In this document: positions 40,301 through 48,635 of the stretch, piece by piece
How positions within the stretch are numbered: the first letter of the stretch is position 1
Layout of the letters: the number at the start of each line of letters is the position of its first letter
Assembly: GCA_963793425.1 (NCBI GenBank)
Contig: CAWCAG010000005.1
Location: forward strand, 672,001 to 736,000
Length of the DNA stretch: 64,000 nt
Direction of reading: 5' to 3'
DNA from: an uncultured cyanobacterium
GTDB lineage: Bacteria > Cyanobacteriota > Cyanobacteriia > Cyanobacteriales > CAWCAG01
The notes under the pieces: model-generated
Told to the model about the DNA's origin: nothing
Database searches by the model: none
What the model saw: the letters and a program-made list of their open reading frames with translations, nothing else
Position numbers and translations under genes: made by a program

Positions 40301-41815
40301 CTGTATACTTTGCTAGGACATACTGAGGCAGTACGTTCATTAGCTTTTAGTCCTAATGGTCAACTTTTAGCTAGTGGTGATAGCAATCATCAAATCAAAC
40401 TTTGGCACTTACGAACTAGAGAATGCTGTCGAACTCTGCAAGGTCACAATCATTCAATCAAATCAGTTGTTTTTAGTCAAGATGGTAACATCCTGATTAG
40501 TGGAAGCGATGACCAAACAGTGAAACTATGGAATGTAGAGACTGGAGAATGTTTTCAGACTTTAGAAGGACATACTTTTTCAGTAAGATGCGTGACTATT
40601 AGTCCCAACGATACAACTATTGCTAGTGGAAGCTATGACAAAACAGTAAAATTATGGGATGTAAAGACAGGAGAATGTTTACACACTTTACAAGGACATA
40701 CGAATTGGGTTAGATGTGTTGCCATTAGTTCTGATAGTACAACTATTGCTAGTGGTGGTGATGACCAAAGTATCAGGTTATGGAATAGCAAGACTGGAGA
40801 ATGTTTACAAATTTTACAAGGTTATACAGGATCAGTTAGAGGAGTAGAAGTATGTCCGGATGGCAGAACAATTGTTAGTTGTAGTGAAGATAGTATTGTC
40901 AGAATTTGGGATTTCTTCTCTGGTAAGTGTCTGAAAACTTTACAGGGACATACCAGTCGTGTTAATGATTTAGCTATTACTCCAGATGGCAAAGTTATTG
41001 TTACTAGCAGCTATGATAAAACTATTAAGCTATGGAACAAACTAACAGGTGAGTGTTTACAAACTTTGCAAAGACACAATCGACCAGTTAGTTCTGTAGA
41101 CATTAGTTGTAACGGAAAACTATTAGTTAGTGGCAGTGCAGACAAAACTGTTAAGTTATGGGATTTAGCTACAGGAGAATGTTTAAAAACACTACAAGGA
41201 CATGATGATTGGGTTTGGTCAGTAGCTATAAGTCCTGATGGTGAGTACATTGTTAGTAGTAGTGGCGATCGCATAGTCAAAATTTGGGAAGTTTCTTCTG
41301 GGCAATGTCTAAGTACTTTACAGACAAATGTTACCTGTTTTAACTCAGTAGCAATTAATCAAGATGGGCAAACTTTAGTTATGGGGAATGATGATTATAC
41401 TGTAAGTGTTTGGAATTTTCGGACAGGTAAGTGCCTGAAGAATTTACAAGCTCATAATAAGATTGTAACTACAGTAACGTTTAGTCTTGATGGTCAATTT
41501 ATTGCTAGTGGCAGTGTTGATCGCACCATAAAATTATGGGATGTAGAGACAGGAAAATGTCTCAAAACTTTAACAGGACACACTAATTTAATACAATCAA
41601 TAGCGTTTAATGTTGATGGAAAAACTCTTATTAGCGGTAGCAATGACGAAACCATTAAAATCTGGGACATAGAAACAGGGCAATGTCTCAAAACCCTCAG
41701 CAACAAACCCTACGCCAACATGAACATCACCGGAGTTAAGGGACTAAGCACAGAAGAAATTAATTCTCTCAAAGCCTTGGGCGCTGTGGAAAAATTATAT
41801 ACCGCTACGGATTAA
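37355..41815 (+). CDS. NACHT (STAND) NTPase: N-terminal helical + REase-like domain, pentapeptide segment, 14 WD40 repeats
   Basis: Walker A GEFGTGKT, Walker B LLIFDGFDE, ILTCR; 14 countable WD40 units. ATG37355 (MLIESII) preferred over GTG37316. Confidence 0.92.
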   Translation: MLIESIISALTSLVNPSEILKDELKRSETVIKLLKKFNLDPEQPAKEFAVVYGYALVEYGVGKPSTILNVFRQQEVKKAFKQAFDSNQPPLLFQEVEEFLTGHSLGQQLIAENLDWQRELAEFVGIFLTVAKRTRTPAEVLANQQLGSLHKKLTQLQQTLASLPTTESVQAAITQLITQSNLALPAASRHCQAVELGQQLLDWFETLGYGFEGYEVWEEEYFATIINVRAWRKNYRRILVMGIAGEAGIRDVNALQAAVTQQNTQDGWLVSARRVSQAARKEVEKEENNHLTCCTFDELLDEDANFTAYLDWLAEEVQRRSIDRFYVPLGCTKEEIDPESKQRLGVSCYGEEDGWIEGYVDLWLSDPAKEHLSVLGEFGTGKTWFALHYAWVALQKYQTAKQKGLPRPRLPLVIPLRDYANALKVESLFSEFFFHRYEIPLPSYSAFERLNRMGKLLLIFDGFDEMAARVDRQEMINNFWELAKVVVPGAKVILTCRTEHFPEARQGRALLNAELRSSVANLTAESPQFEVLELNKFNDKQIRQVFSFQAQPATVEQIMGNQQLLDLARRPVMTDLILEALPDIEKGKPVDMSRVYLYAVQRKMERDIKAERTFTSLADKLYFLCELSWEMLSTDQMSLNYRLFPDRIRELFDIKVQEEKDLDHWHYDMMGQTMLVRNSEGNYSPAHRSLLEFFVAYKLAAELGVLAEDFLDVVQQQSDLDREVAPQSYTWSEYFKRRRNSEGEIVPIARLREFCCESLGRLRGSLGLQPLAKAVWDLLVPMVDEEKVGRLLEVVEGTRGKTEKEVGYVGGNAATLLVKVDPSGLEGEDVSDCIVLGGDFVGANLRDVNFAQANLANSIFPQNFGTIFAIVFSPDGKLLATGDANCNVVLWEVATGKQSWLGQGHTDWVRSVTFDLTGKIIVSGSFDHTIKLWDVHSGECLATFRGHTSRVHSVAISPDNYTLASSSQDCTIKLWNLASGTCLYTLLGHTEAVRSLAFSPNGQLLASGDSNHQIKLWHLRTRECCRTLQGHNHSIKSVVFSQDGNILISGSDDQTVKLWNVETGECFQTLEGHTFSVRCVTISPNDTTIASGSYDKTVKLWDVKTGECLHTLQGHTNWVRCVAISSDSTTIASGGDDQSIRLWNSKTGECLQILQGYTGSVRGVEVCPDGRTIVSCSEDSIVRIWDFFSGKCLKTLQGHTSRVNDLAITPDGKVIVTSSYDKTIKLWNKLTGECLQTLQRHNRPVSSVDISCNGKLLVSGSADKTVKLWDLATGECLKTLQGHDDWVWSVAISPDGEYIVSSSGDRIVKIWEVSSGQCLSTLQTNVTCFNSVAINQDGQTLVMGNDDYTVSVWNFRTGKCLKNLQAHNKIVTTVTFSLDGQFIASGSVDRTIKLWDVETGKCLKTLTGHTNLIQSIAFNVDGKTLISGSNDETIKIWDIETGQCLKTLSNKPYANMNITGVKGLSTEEINSLKALGAVEKLYTATD

Positions 41816-41823
41816 AATCCCTA

Positions 41824-41968
41824 GCTAACAGCTAAACTCATCTCAAGATGACTCGGAATCCTTGTATTTTCAATCAGAAAAACTCCCTGCTATTTCCCTA
41901 TCTCTCATCGTTGGTTAGTTATCTTCAGATAACTTTGGCTGTTAGCCTGAAATTTATTTCTAGGCGGG
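41824..41968. repeat. REP-like long inverted-repeat element
   Basis: gctaacagctaaa...tttggctgttagc arms with inner palindromes (tcatctcaagatga; agttatcttcagataact) and terminal gcctgaaatttatttctaggc. Confidence 0.65.
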
Positions 41969-42071
41969 ATTGATGACCTTCTTGAATTGGATATCTCAGA
42001 AGTCTTGCCCTATCTAGCTTAGATGCAATAAAAGCTATTATAAAAGATAAATGTTTAATGTTTAATGATCA

Positions 42072-42383
42072 ATGACGACATATAGCCTTATTTATAAAAC
42101 GGTTCGTCAAATTCCGGTGGGTAAAGTTGCTACCTACGGACAAATAGCGGATTTAGCAGGACTTTCTGGTAAAGCGCGTGTAGTCGGATATGCCTTATTT
42201 CGGGTAGATACGGCTGCTGATGATATTCCTTGGCATCGAGTAGTTAATGCTAAAGGCGAAATTTCTTATTCCGACTTGCGCCAAGGTGGTGATTATTTAC
42301 AGAAGAATTTGTTGGAAGAAGAAGGTATTGAATTTGATGCTAAAAATAAAATCAATCTCAAACAATATCAATGGCGAAGGTAG
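42072..42383 (+). CDS. Alkyltransferase-like protein (MGMT family, ATL/YbaZ type)
   Basis: IPVGKVATYGQIA, ARVVG; PWHRV, with Trp in place of the catalytic Cys. Confidence 0.92.
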   Translation: MTTYSLIYKTVRQIPVGKVATYGQIADLAGLSGKARVVGYALFRVDTAADDIPWHRVVNAKGEISYSDLRQGGDYLQKNLLEEEGIEFDAKNKINLKQYQWRR

Positions 42384-42485
42384 GGAATAGGGAGTAGGGT
42401 TCGCGTAGCGTTGCCGTAGGCTACAGGGTTTGAAAACTTTATTCGGTCGATTTTATAGCGAGTTTATCTTAACCGGATTTGGTAT
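42380..42485. mobile_element. Partial second copy of the 18527-18650 MITE-like element with a nested SDR-like insert
   Basis: Shares aactttattcggtcgattttatagcg...taaccggatttggtatca with 18600-18652. Confidence 0.65.
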
Positions 42486-42509
42486 CACTAGGGTTGATTG
42501 TTCTTTTTA

Positions 42510-42677
42510 TTAGGTAATCCCGATACCAAAACATTCTGTAAAAAGAGCTTGAGTTTGGACAAAAGCATCTTCCAAATTTTGGCGATCGCTCTCATCTCGT
42601 AGACCAAAATAGGGCCAGTGATCAATAAAACGACCAAAGAGTTTTTCGCAGTCTTCTCTGTACTTGGCGGTATCTAA
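42510..42677 (-). pseudogene. 3' fragment of a glycine-rich-domain-like (HILDT..Y..DC..FG..H.PYFG) protein gene
   Basis: Start-less frame LDTAKYREDCEKLFGRFIDHWPYFGLRDESDRQNLEDAFVQTQALFTECFGIGIT* overlapping the thioesterase stop. Confidence 0.6.
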
Positions 42678-43072
42678 GAAGCGAATAAAGCCTTTATCTC
42701 TGGTAAAAGTCGCTTCGGACGCATAGTTTTTGTATTGACAAATAAACCTTTTTGAACTCCTTGAGCAGCAAGTTTTTCTTCGTGATTATGAAAACGAAAC
42801 TGCATCACCGCAGAAGCATTTCTTAACTCCGATAACCATAATTGCACTTGAACGCCATTCCCTAAATATAAAGGTAATTTATAATCAATGCTAGTATGCA
42901 CCAAAACAGGAGCAAACCCTTGTTTCATGATTTCATGGGTAGGCATTCCTATGGCTTCCAATAGTTTAATTCTACCGATTTCCATCCACTGAATATAAAC
43001 AGAATTATTAACATGACCCATAAAATCAATTTGATAAGTATAAATATCTAAATCAAAAACAATTTTCTGCAT
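42674..43072 (-). CDS. Acyl-CoA thioesterase (4HBT/YbgC hotdog fold)
   Basis: IDFMGHVNNSVYIQWMEIGR. Confidence 0.9.
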   Translation of the reverse strand: MQKIVFDLDIYTYQIDFMGHVNNSVYIQWMEIGRIKLLEAIGMPTHEIMKQGFAPVLVHTSIDYKLPLYLGNGVQVQLWLSELRNASAVMQFRFHNHEEKLAAQGVQKGLFVNTKTMRPKRLLPEIKALFAS

Positions 43073-43105
43073 AGTTTAAGCTGTCACTTATTACTTATTA
43101 CTTAC

Positions 43106-43720
43106 CTAACCCCACACCCGACGCAAATTCAAGATAAAGCCCGGTAACACTTCCTCACCAGATAACCCAGCAGGATTCTCTAACACCTCTACCATTAATT
43201 CCGGGCGATAAATTTCCACTCGCCGATGCTGCGGATCTATCAACCAACCTAGTTTTGCTCCATTATCAATGTACTCTCTCATCTTACTTTGCAACGACTT
43301 GAGAGTATCGGAACTAGAACGTAACTCAATGACAAAATCGGGGCAAATATTAGCAAAAGTTCCTTTCTGTTCTATAGTAAGCCCGTCCCAACGTTCCTGG
43401 CTAACCCAAGAAGTATCAGGGGCGCGAATTGCACCATTGGGCAAAGTGAAGGCTGTGGAAGAGTCAAAAGCTTCACCCGGTTCCCCTGCATTACGCCACC
43501 ATAAATACAGTTCCCCAGACATACTCCAATTACGTCTTCCGGTTTCCCAGCCTGTTGGTGGATTCACAACTAACTCTCCTTGTGATGTCTTTTCTAGTCT
43601 TAAGTCTCGATTTACTACTGCTAAGGCTGCAAACTGTTCTTGGGTAACGTGCAGTTTAATCTCCTTGGGTAACTCAAGTGACAAGGTTTTAGTTTCAGTT
43701 TCAGGCTGTGTTTGTAGCAT
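43106..43720 (-). CDS. Uma2 family endonuclease-like protein
   Basis: FDSSTAFTLPNGAIRAPD, CPDFVIELRS, LGWLIDP. Confidence 0.92.
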   Translation of the reverse strand: MLQTQPETETKTLSLELPKEIKLHVTQEQFAALAVVNRDLRLEKTSQGELVVNPPTGWETGRRNWSMSGELYLWWRNAGEPGEAFDSSTAFTLPNGAIRAPDTSWVSQERWDGLTIEQKGTFANICPDFVIELRSSSDTLKSLQSKMREYIDNGAKLGWLIDPQHRRVEIYRPELMVEVLENPAGLSGEEVLPGFILNLRRVWG

Positions 43721-43839
43721 CTTGATATTTAGATAGGAGTGAGGGGAGATGGCGAAGTAATAAGTAATAAGTTAAGAATATACTATTCCCTATGGGGGTG
43801 ACTTGGTAACGCTGTAGATGTCAAATGTTAAATGATTAT

Positions 43840-45438
43840 CTATTTGCCTATTTTCTGCCGTATCCTTCTTACTAAAATATCTACTTCTGGTAACTTCAAA
43901 AAAGTAATCAAAACAGCAAAAACCAATAAAGCCGCTGTTGCCCCAGAAAGAAATTGTAAAACTAATAGCAGTAAATTATCGTCACCAAAAAACTTTTGAA
44001 AACCCCAACTAGTTCCCCAACTTGCTAAACCGGCTGTGGCGCTACACAGAGTTATATTCAATAAAGCTAAACCCCATTCTGCAAAAGGTAAACCGTTGAT
44101 CTTACGATTTAATGCCCATAAAAGTAGGGTCATAGAAACAACATTAACCCCGATAGTAGACATGATTAAACCTGGAGTTGCGAAAGCTTTAACTAAAAGA
44201 AAATCTAACAACCCGTTGAGGAAAATATTGAAGATACTAATACGAAAAGGAGTTTCTCCATCTCCTAAAGCGTAAAACACCCTCACCAAAACATCCCTCC
44301 CTAAATAAAAGAACATCCCTGCCCCATAAGTCATTAAAACGGGGGCCACAATTAAGGATGCTTCTTTATCAAAAGCAAAACGTTCATAAACAATACGAAC
44401 AATGGGAATTCCTAAAGAGATAAAAATTGCACTTAAAGGCAACATTGTTAGGGCAGTGAGGAGTAAGCCTTGACGAATGCGGATTTTTAAATCTGGCCAT
44501 TGTTCGGGGGAAGTAAGGCGAGAAAACACAGGCAACATGGGAACCAAAATCATGTTAGAAATGATTCCTAAAGGGGTTAACACAATCAGGTTGCCAAACT
44601 TCATTGCCGCAGCAGCACTTGGGATGTAGGATGCAAAAAAGAAGTCTGTGTAAACGTTGATGTGTAACATCCCGGAAGAAAGGGTTGCAGGCAACATCAC
44701 CTTCATCACCTCTTTCAACCCAGGAATACGCAAGTCAAAACGTAGCCGCAACCCTCCCAAACCAGAACGCAATTGGGCTAAGAGTTGCGCCAACCATTGT
44801 AAAATTGCCCCAACAAGGGTTCCTCCTGCTAGGATTAAGCCGCCAAACTCTGCATATTGAGGATCTGAGATTTGTTCCCCTAACTGAAAAGCTAATGCTC
44901 CCAAACCAAACATAATCGCTAAGCTAGAAAACAAAGGACTGACACTAGGCAACCAATATTGATCCGCAGCGTTGAGAGTACCAAAACCAATGCCAATTAA
45001 CCCCGCTAAAAGTGCCAGAGGGGCCATAATTTGTAATTGTTGAACGGCGATCGCCCGTACTTCCGCTTCTAAACCGGGGGCGAGGAGATCGATAAAAGTC
45101 CCGGCGAAGATAATTAGTACAACAGTAACAACTAAAAGAATCCCACTAACCAAAGTTGTTACCGCTTCTACTAAAGGCGCAGCTTCTGATTTATCTCGCT
45201 TAGCAAGGACACTAACTAAGGCACTATGGAAAGGGCCATTAATTCCTCCTAAAAGAATTAATAAAAATCCGGGAATCACATAGGCATAAACATAAGCATT
45301 AGCAACTGGCCCCACTCCAAATGCAGCCGCGATCGCTTGTTCCCGTACTAAACCGAAAACTTTACTAATCAAGGTGGCAACGGCGACAATACCCGCAATG
45401 CCAGCTAGGGAACGAGAGGTTTTTTTCTTGACAGACAC
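43840..45438 (-). CDS. murJ: Lipid II flippase MurJ (MviN)
   Basis: SKVFGLVRE..IAAAFG, GGINGPFHS, RVFYALGD; many TM helices. Confidence 0.95.
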   Translation of the reverse strand: MSVKKKTSRSLAGIAGIVAVATLISKVFGLVREQAIAAAFGVGPVANAYVYAYVIPGFLLILLGGINGPFHSALVSVLAKRDKSEAAPLVEAVTTLVSGILLVVTVVLIIFAGTFIDLLAPGLEAEVRAIAVQQLQIMAPLALLAGLIGIGFGTLNAADQYWLPSVSPLFSSLAIMFGLGALAFQLGEQISDPQYAEFGGLILAGGTLVGAILQWLAQLLAQLRSGLGGLRLRFDLRIPGLKEVMKVMLPATLSSGMLHINVYTDFFFASYIPSAAAAMKFGNLIVLTPLGIISNMILVPMLPVFSRLTSPEQWPDLKIRIRQGLLLTALTMLPLSAIFISLGIPIVRIVYERFAFDKEASLIVAPVLMTYGAGMFFYLGRDVLVRVFYALGDGETPFRISIFNIFLNGLLDFLLVKAFATPGLIMSTIGVNVVSMTLLLWALNRKINGLPFAEWGLALLNITLCSATAGLASWGTSWGFQKFFGDDNLLLLVLQFLSGATAALLVFAVLITFLKLPEVDILVRRIRQKIGK

Positions 45439-45915
45439 AAATGGCTTAAAATAGGGAGATTAAAGTGCTTCAGTCTTATTTAACCGCGAATTGGTGAATA
45501 TGTAGAGATGTTTTTGGGTTAGGCACTCTTACAATAGTTTTTTCTGGTCGCCTTATCACCCCATGATTAATTTATCTCTACAACCAAAACTAAGCATATT
45601 CTAATTAACTCTCTCTAAACTAGGTTTTCAGGAAAGTGTGTTGCTTTTTACTTAGCCCTATTCGATAATTTCTGTAAAATGGGTACTAAGAACCTAATTT
45701 TTGTCTCGGTCAATTACTTCTAAGATTTATCTACTTTTCTCTGTTTAATGGGTGCAAATATTAAGCTTATCAGGCCTTAAAAAAAGTACTTTTGCAAAAG
45801 GTTACTAGTAACTGATGTGACCTGTTGCTGATTACATATAACCCAAACCCAAATGCCTAATAGCTTAAAAACTAACCTCTAATTTACCTAACATCCATTC
45901 TGAGAGAACTAACCC

Positions 45916-47118
45916 ATGATGACGGACTTGTTTTATAATGAACTTCCCTATTTAGATAATTTTATTGAGTTTACTGAATTAAATCGGTTTCGCTCTATTC
46001 CCCTTGATTGGTATATTGTGATTACCGATGTTATTGGCTCAACCAAAGCCATAGAAGCAGGCAAATATAAAGATGTTAATTATCTGGGTGCATCTTCTAT
46101 TGTTGCGGTTTTAAATATTGCTGATAAGTTAGAAATCCCTTTTGTTTTTGGAGGTGATGGGGCTTCTTTAGCTATACCTCCCTCCCTTTATCTGGCAACA
46201 AAAAAAGCTCTTTTAGGTTTGAGAAAATTAGCAAAAGAAGAGTATGATTTAGACCTGCGGGTAGGGGCAGTACCTATAGAAGAGGTTATCCGCGCAGGCT
46301 ACGAGGTTAAAATTGCTAAATGGCGAGTTTCAAAGAACTATTCTCAAGCTGTTTTTATTGGTGGTGGATTAACTTACGCCACAGAATTAATTAAAAGTTC
46401 TGTCAATTCCCATCTTTATCAATATTCTTGTTCTAATACAGACTTTTCCCATAATGAAGTTAGTTTAGAAGGGCTAGAATGTCGCTGGCAAGACATTTTC
46501 AGCAAATCAGGTGAAACCATTAGTTTGATTGTGCAAAGTACTGATAGAAATTTTGATTCATCTCACCAAGTTTATCGCAACTTCCTGAAGAAAGTATATA
46601 AACTATACGGCATCCAAAATGATTATCATCCTGTCACTAAAGAAACTTTGAATTTAAGTTTTAGCTACCGCAATTTACGTTCAGAGGTTAATAGTAGAAC
46701 CCAAGGGCAAGGTGGTTTACATAAAGGTTTGTGTTTTCTTAAATTAGCTTTTATTAATGCTCTGGGTTGGTTGTTAATGAAGTTTGAACCTCGGTTAGGA
46801 GATATGGACTGGGGTAAATATAAAGATATTTTGCTTGCTACCTCAGATTACCAAAAATTTGATGATATGTTGCGTATGGTTATTGCTAGTAATAGTAGCA
46901 AAAGAAAACAACTGGTTAAATATTTAGAAAAGCAATTCCGGGCAGGAAAGCTAGTTTACGGCATTCATAAATCAGATCGTGCCTTGATGACTTGTTTAGT
47001 GTTTGAACGTAATGGCAAACAAGTTCACTTCGTTGATGGGGCGGATGGTGGTTATACTTTAGCTGCTAAAGCAATGAAACAGAAAATCGAGAGTCAATCG
47101 CTGATGGCTAATTACTAA
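45916..47118 (+). CDS. DUF3095 domain protein
   Basis: DWYIVITDVIGSTKAIEAGKYKDVN, FVFGGDG, GLECRW, KFDDMLRMV, HFVDGADGGY. Confidence 0.88.
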   Translation: MMTDLFYNELPYLDNFIEFTELNRFRSIPLDWYIVITDVIGSTKAIEAGKYKDVNYLGASSIVAVLNIADKLEIPFVFGGDGASLAIPPSLYLATKKALLGLRKLAKEEYDLDLRVGAVPIEEVIRAGYEVKIAKWRVSKNYSQAVFIGGGLTYATELIKSSVNSHLYQYSCSNTDFSHNEVSLEGLECRWQDIFSKSGETISLIVQSTDRNFDSSHQVYRNFLKKVYKLYGIQNDYHPVTKETLNLSFSYRNLRSEVNSRTQGQGGLHKGLCFLKLAFINALGWLLMKFEPRLGDMDWGKYKDILLATSDYQKFDDMLRMVIASNSSKRKQLVKYLEKQFRAGKLVYGIHKSDRALMTCLVFERNGKQVHFVDGADGGYTLAAKAMKQKIESQSLMANY

Positions 47119-47184
47119 AAGAAATAAGATGTCGCGATTATGTGCTTCAATACATCATTGTTGAACTTCTAATCTTTAGCCAAC

Positions 47185-47910
47185 TTGCTTTACCAATATC
47201 CTCCCTTGCTTCCTGGTGTCCTACTCCGCCGCTACAAACGCTTTCTTGCTGATATTGAACTAGCTTCAGGAGAAGTCATTACTGCCCACTGTGCCAACAC
47301 TGGCCCCATGACAGGTTTATGTAGCTCAGGAAGCCCTGTACAAGTATCCCGTAGCAACAACCCCAAACGAAAATTAGCTTATACTTGGGAACTGATTCAA
47401 GTTGAGGATAACGAACCAACTTGGGTTGGCATAAATACTGCCCTACCTAACCGAGTTATTAAGTTAGCATTAGAACAAAAACTATTCCCTAGTTTAGGGA
47501 AGGAATATAATAAGATTCGCCCGGAGTTTCCCTACGGTAAAGAAAAAAGTAGGGTTGATTTTCTATTAACAGGGGAATCTTCACAAAAGTCAATTTATTT
47601 AGAAGTTAAAAATACTACCTGGGCAAATAAAAGATTAGCTATCTTTCCTGATACGGTAACAACAAGAGGACAAAAACATTTGCGAGAACTCACCTCTTTA
47701 TTGCTGGAACATCGCTCTATAATTCTTTATTTTATTAATCGGGAAGATTGCACAACTTTTTCCCCTGGAGATTCAGTTGATCCTGAATACGGCAAGCTTC
47801 TACGCCAAGGGATAGATGCCGGGATAGAAGTTTTACCCTGTCGTTTTAAGGTAACGCCAGCGGGTATTGAATATTTAGGTCTAGCAAAATTGGTCATTAA
47901 GAAACTTTAA
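47185..47910 (+). CDS. sfsA: DNA/RNA nuclease SfsA
   Basis: RYKRFLAD, HCANTGPM, SRVDFLL, EVK, FPDTVTTRGQKHLREL. Confidence 0.95.
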   Translation: MLYQYPPLLPGVLLRRYKRFLADIELASGEVITAHCANTGPMTGLCSSGSPVQVSRSNNPKRKLAYTWELIQVEDNEPTWVGINTALPNRVIKLALEQKLFPSLGKEYNKIRPEFPYGKEKSRVDFLLTGESSQKSIYLEVKNTTWANKRLAIFPDTVTTRGQKHLRELTSLLLEHRSIILYFINREDCTTFSPGDSVDPEYGKLLRQGIDAGIEVLPCRFKVTPAGIEYLGLAKLVIKKL

Positions 47911-47961
47911 TAAATATTAAGTATAATTAATACTATTGAGACACCAAACTGTATAAACAAA

Positions 47962-48531
47962 ATGAAGAAACTAGCCCTATTTGCCAGTATTTTTAGCTTG
48001 GCAACCCTTGCTACTTTTCCTGCCGTAGCAGAAGTAAAAGCAGAGGAAGTAATTTCTCAAGCAACTCCCCAGGAAACTTCTACTCCCGTTGGCAATATTG
48101 TCCAAGTTGCCTCCAGTAACGATTCTTTTGATACCTTAGTGGCTGCGGTACAAGCTGCAAACTTAGTAGATACCCTTTCTAGTCCCGGTCCTTACACTGT
48201 TTTTGCTCCTACTGATGCCGCTTTCGCAGCCCTCCCTGAAGGCGCATTAGAAGTATTGCTTAAGCCTGAAAACAGAAACTTGCTTGTTAAAGTACTCAGC
48301 TATCATGTTGTCAGTGGGGAAGTAAAATCTACCCAGCTTAGAACTGGTAGGGTACAAACCCTTGGCGGTGGTATTGCTGTACGAGTTTCTCCTAATAGGG
48401 TAATCGTCAATGGCGGTAGTGTAGTTTTAGCTGATGTAGATGCTAGCAATGGAGTCGTCCATGCTATCAATACTGTCTTGATGCCCCGTAGTTTAAGGAA
48501 TCAAATTGTCAGCTTAGTTAATGCTCGTTGA
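47962..48531 (+). CDS. Fasciclin (FAS1) domain protein
   Basis: Signal peptide; TVFAPTDAAF, LSYHVV, NGVVHAIN. Confidence 0.94.
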   Translation: MKKLALFASIFSLATLATFPAVAEVKAEEVISQATPQETSTPVGNIVQVASSNDSFDTLVAAVQAANLVDTLSSPGPYTVFAPTDAAFAALPEGALEVLLKPENRNLLVKVLSYHVVSGEVKSTQLRTGRVQTLGGGIAVRVSPNRVIVNGGSVVLADVDASNGVVHAINTVLMPRSLRNQIVSLVNAR

Positions 48532-48635
48532 CATCCTTGAAAATGTTGTTCTGGGATGAGGCTCTTCTTGGGATTGGATTATGCCTTGCCCAAACATCAT
48601 CACAGCTATGATTGGAGTACTCTAGGTTTTTCGCA

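Noticed and set aside
39940..41700. WD40 array as a DGR target or CRISPR-like array
   Set aside because: The repeats are in-frame 42-codon protein units that diverge at all base types; no template repeat or reverse transcriptase is in the window.
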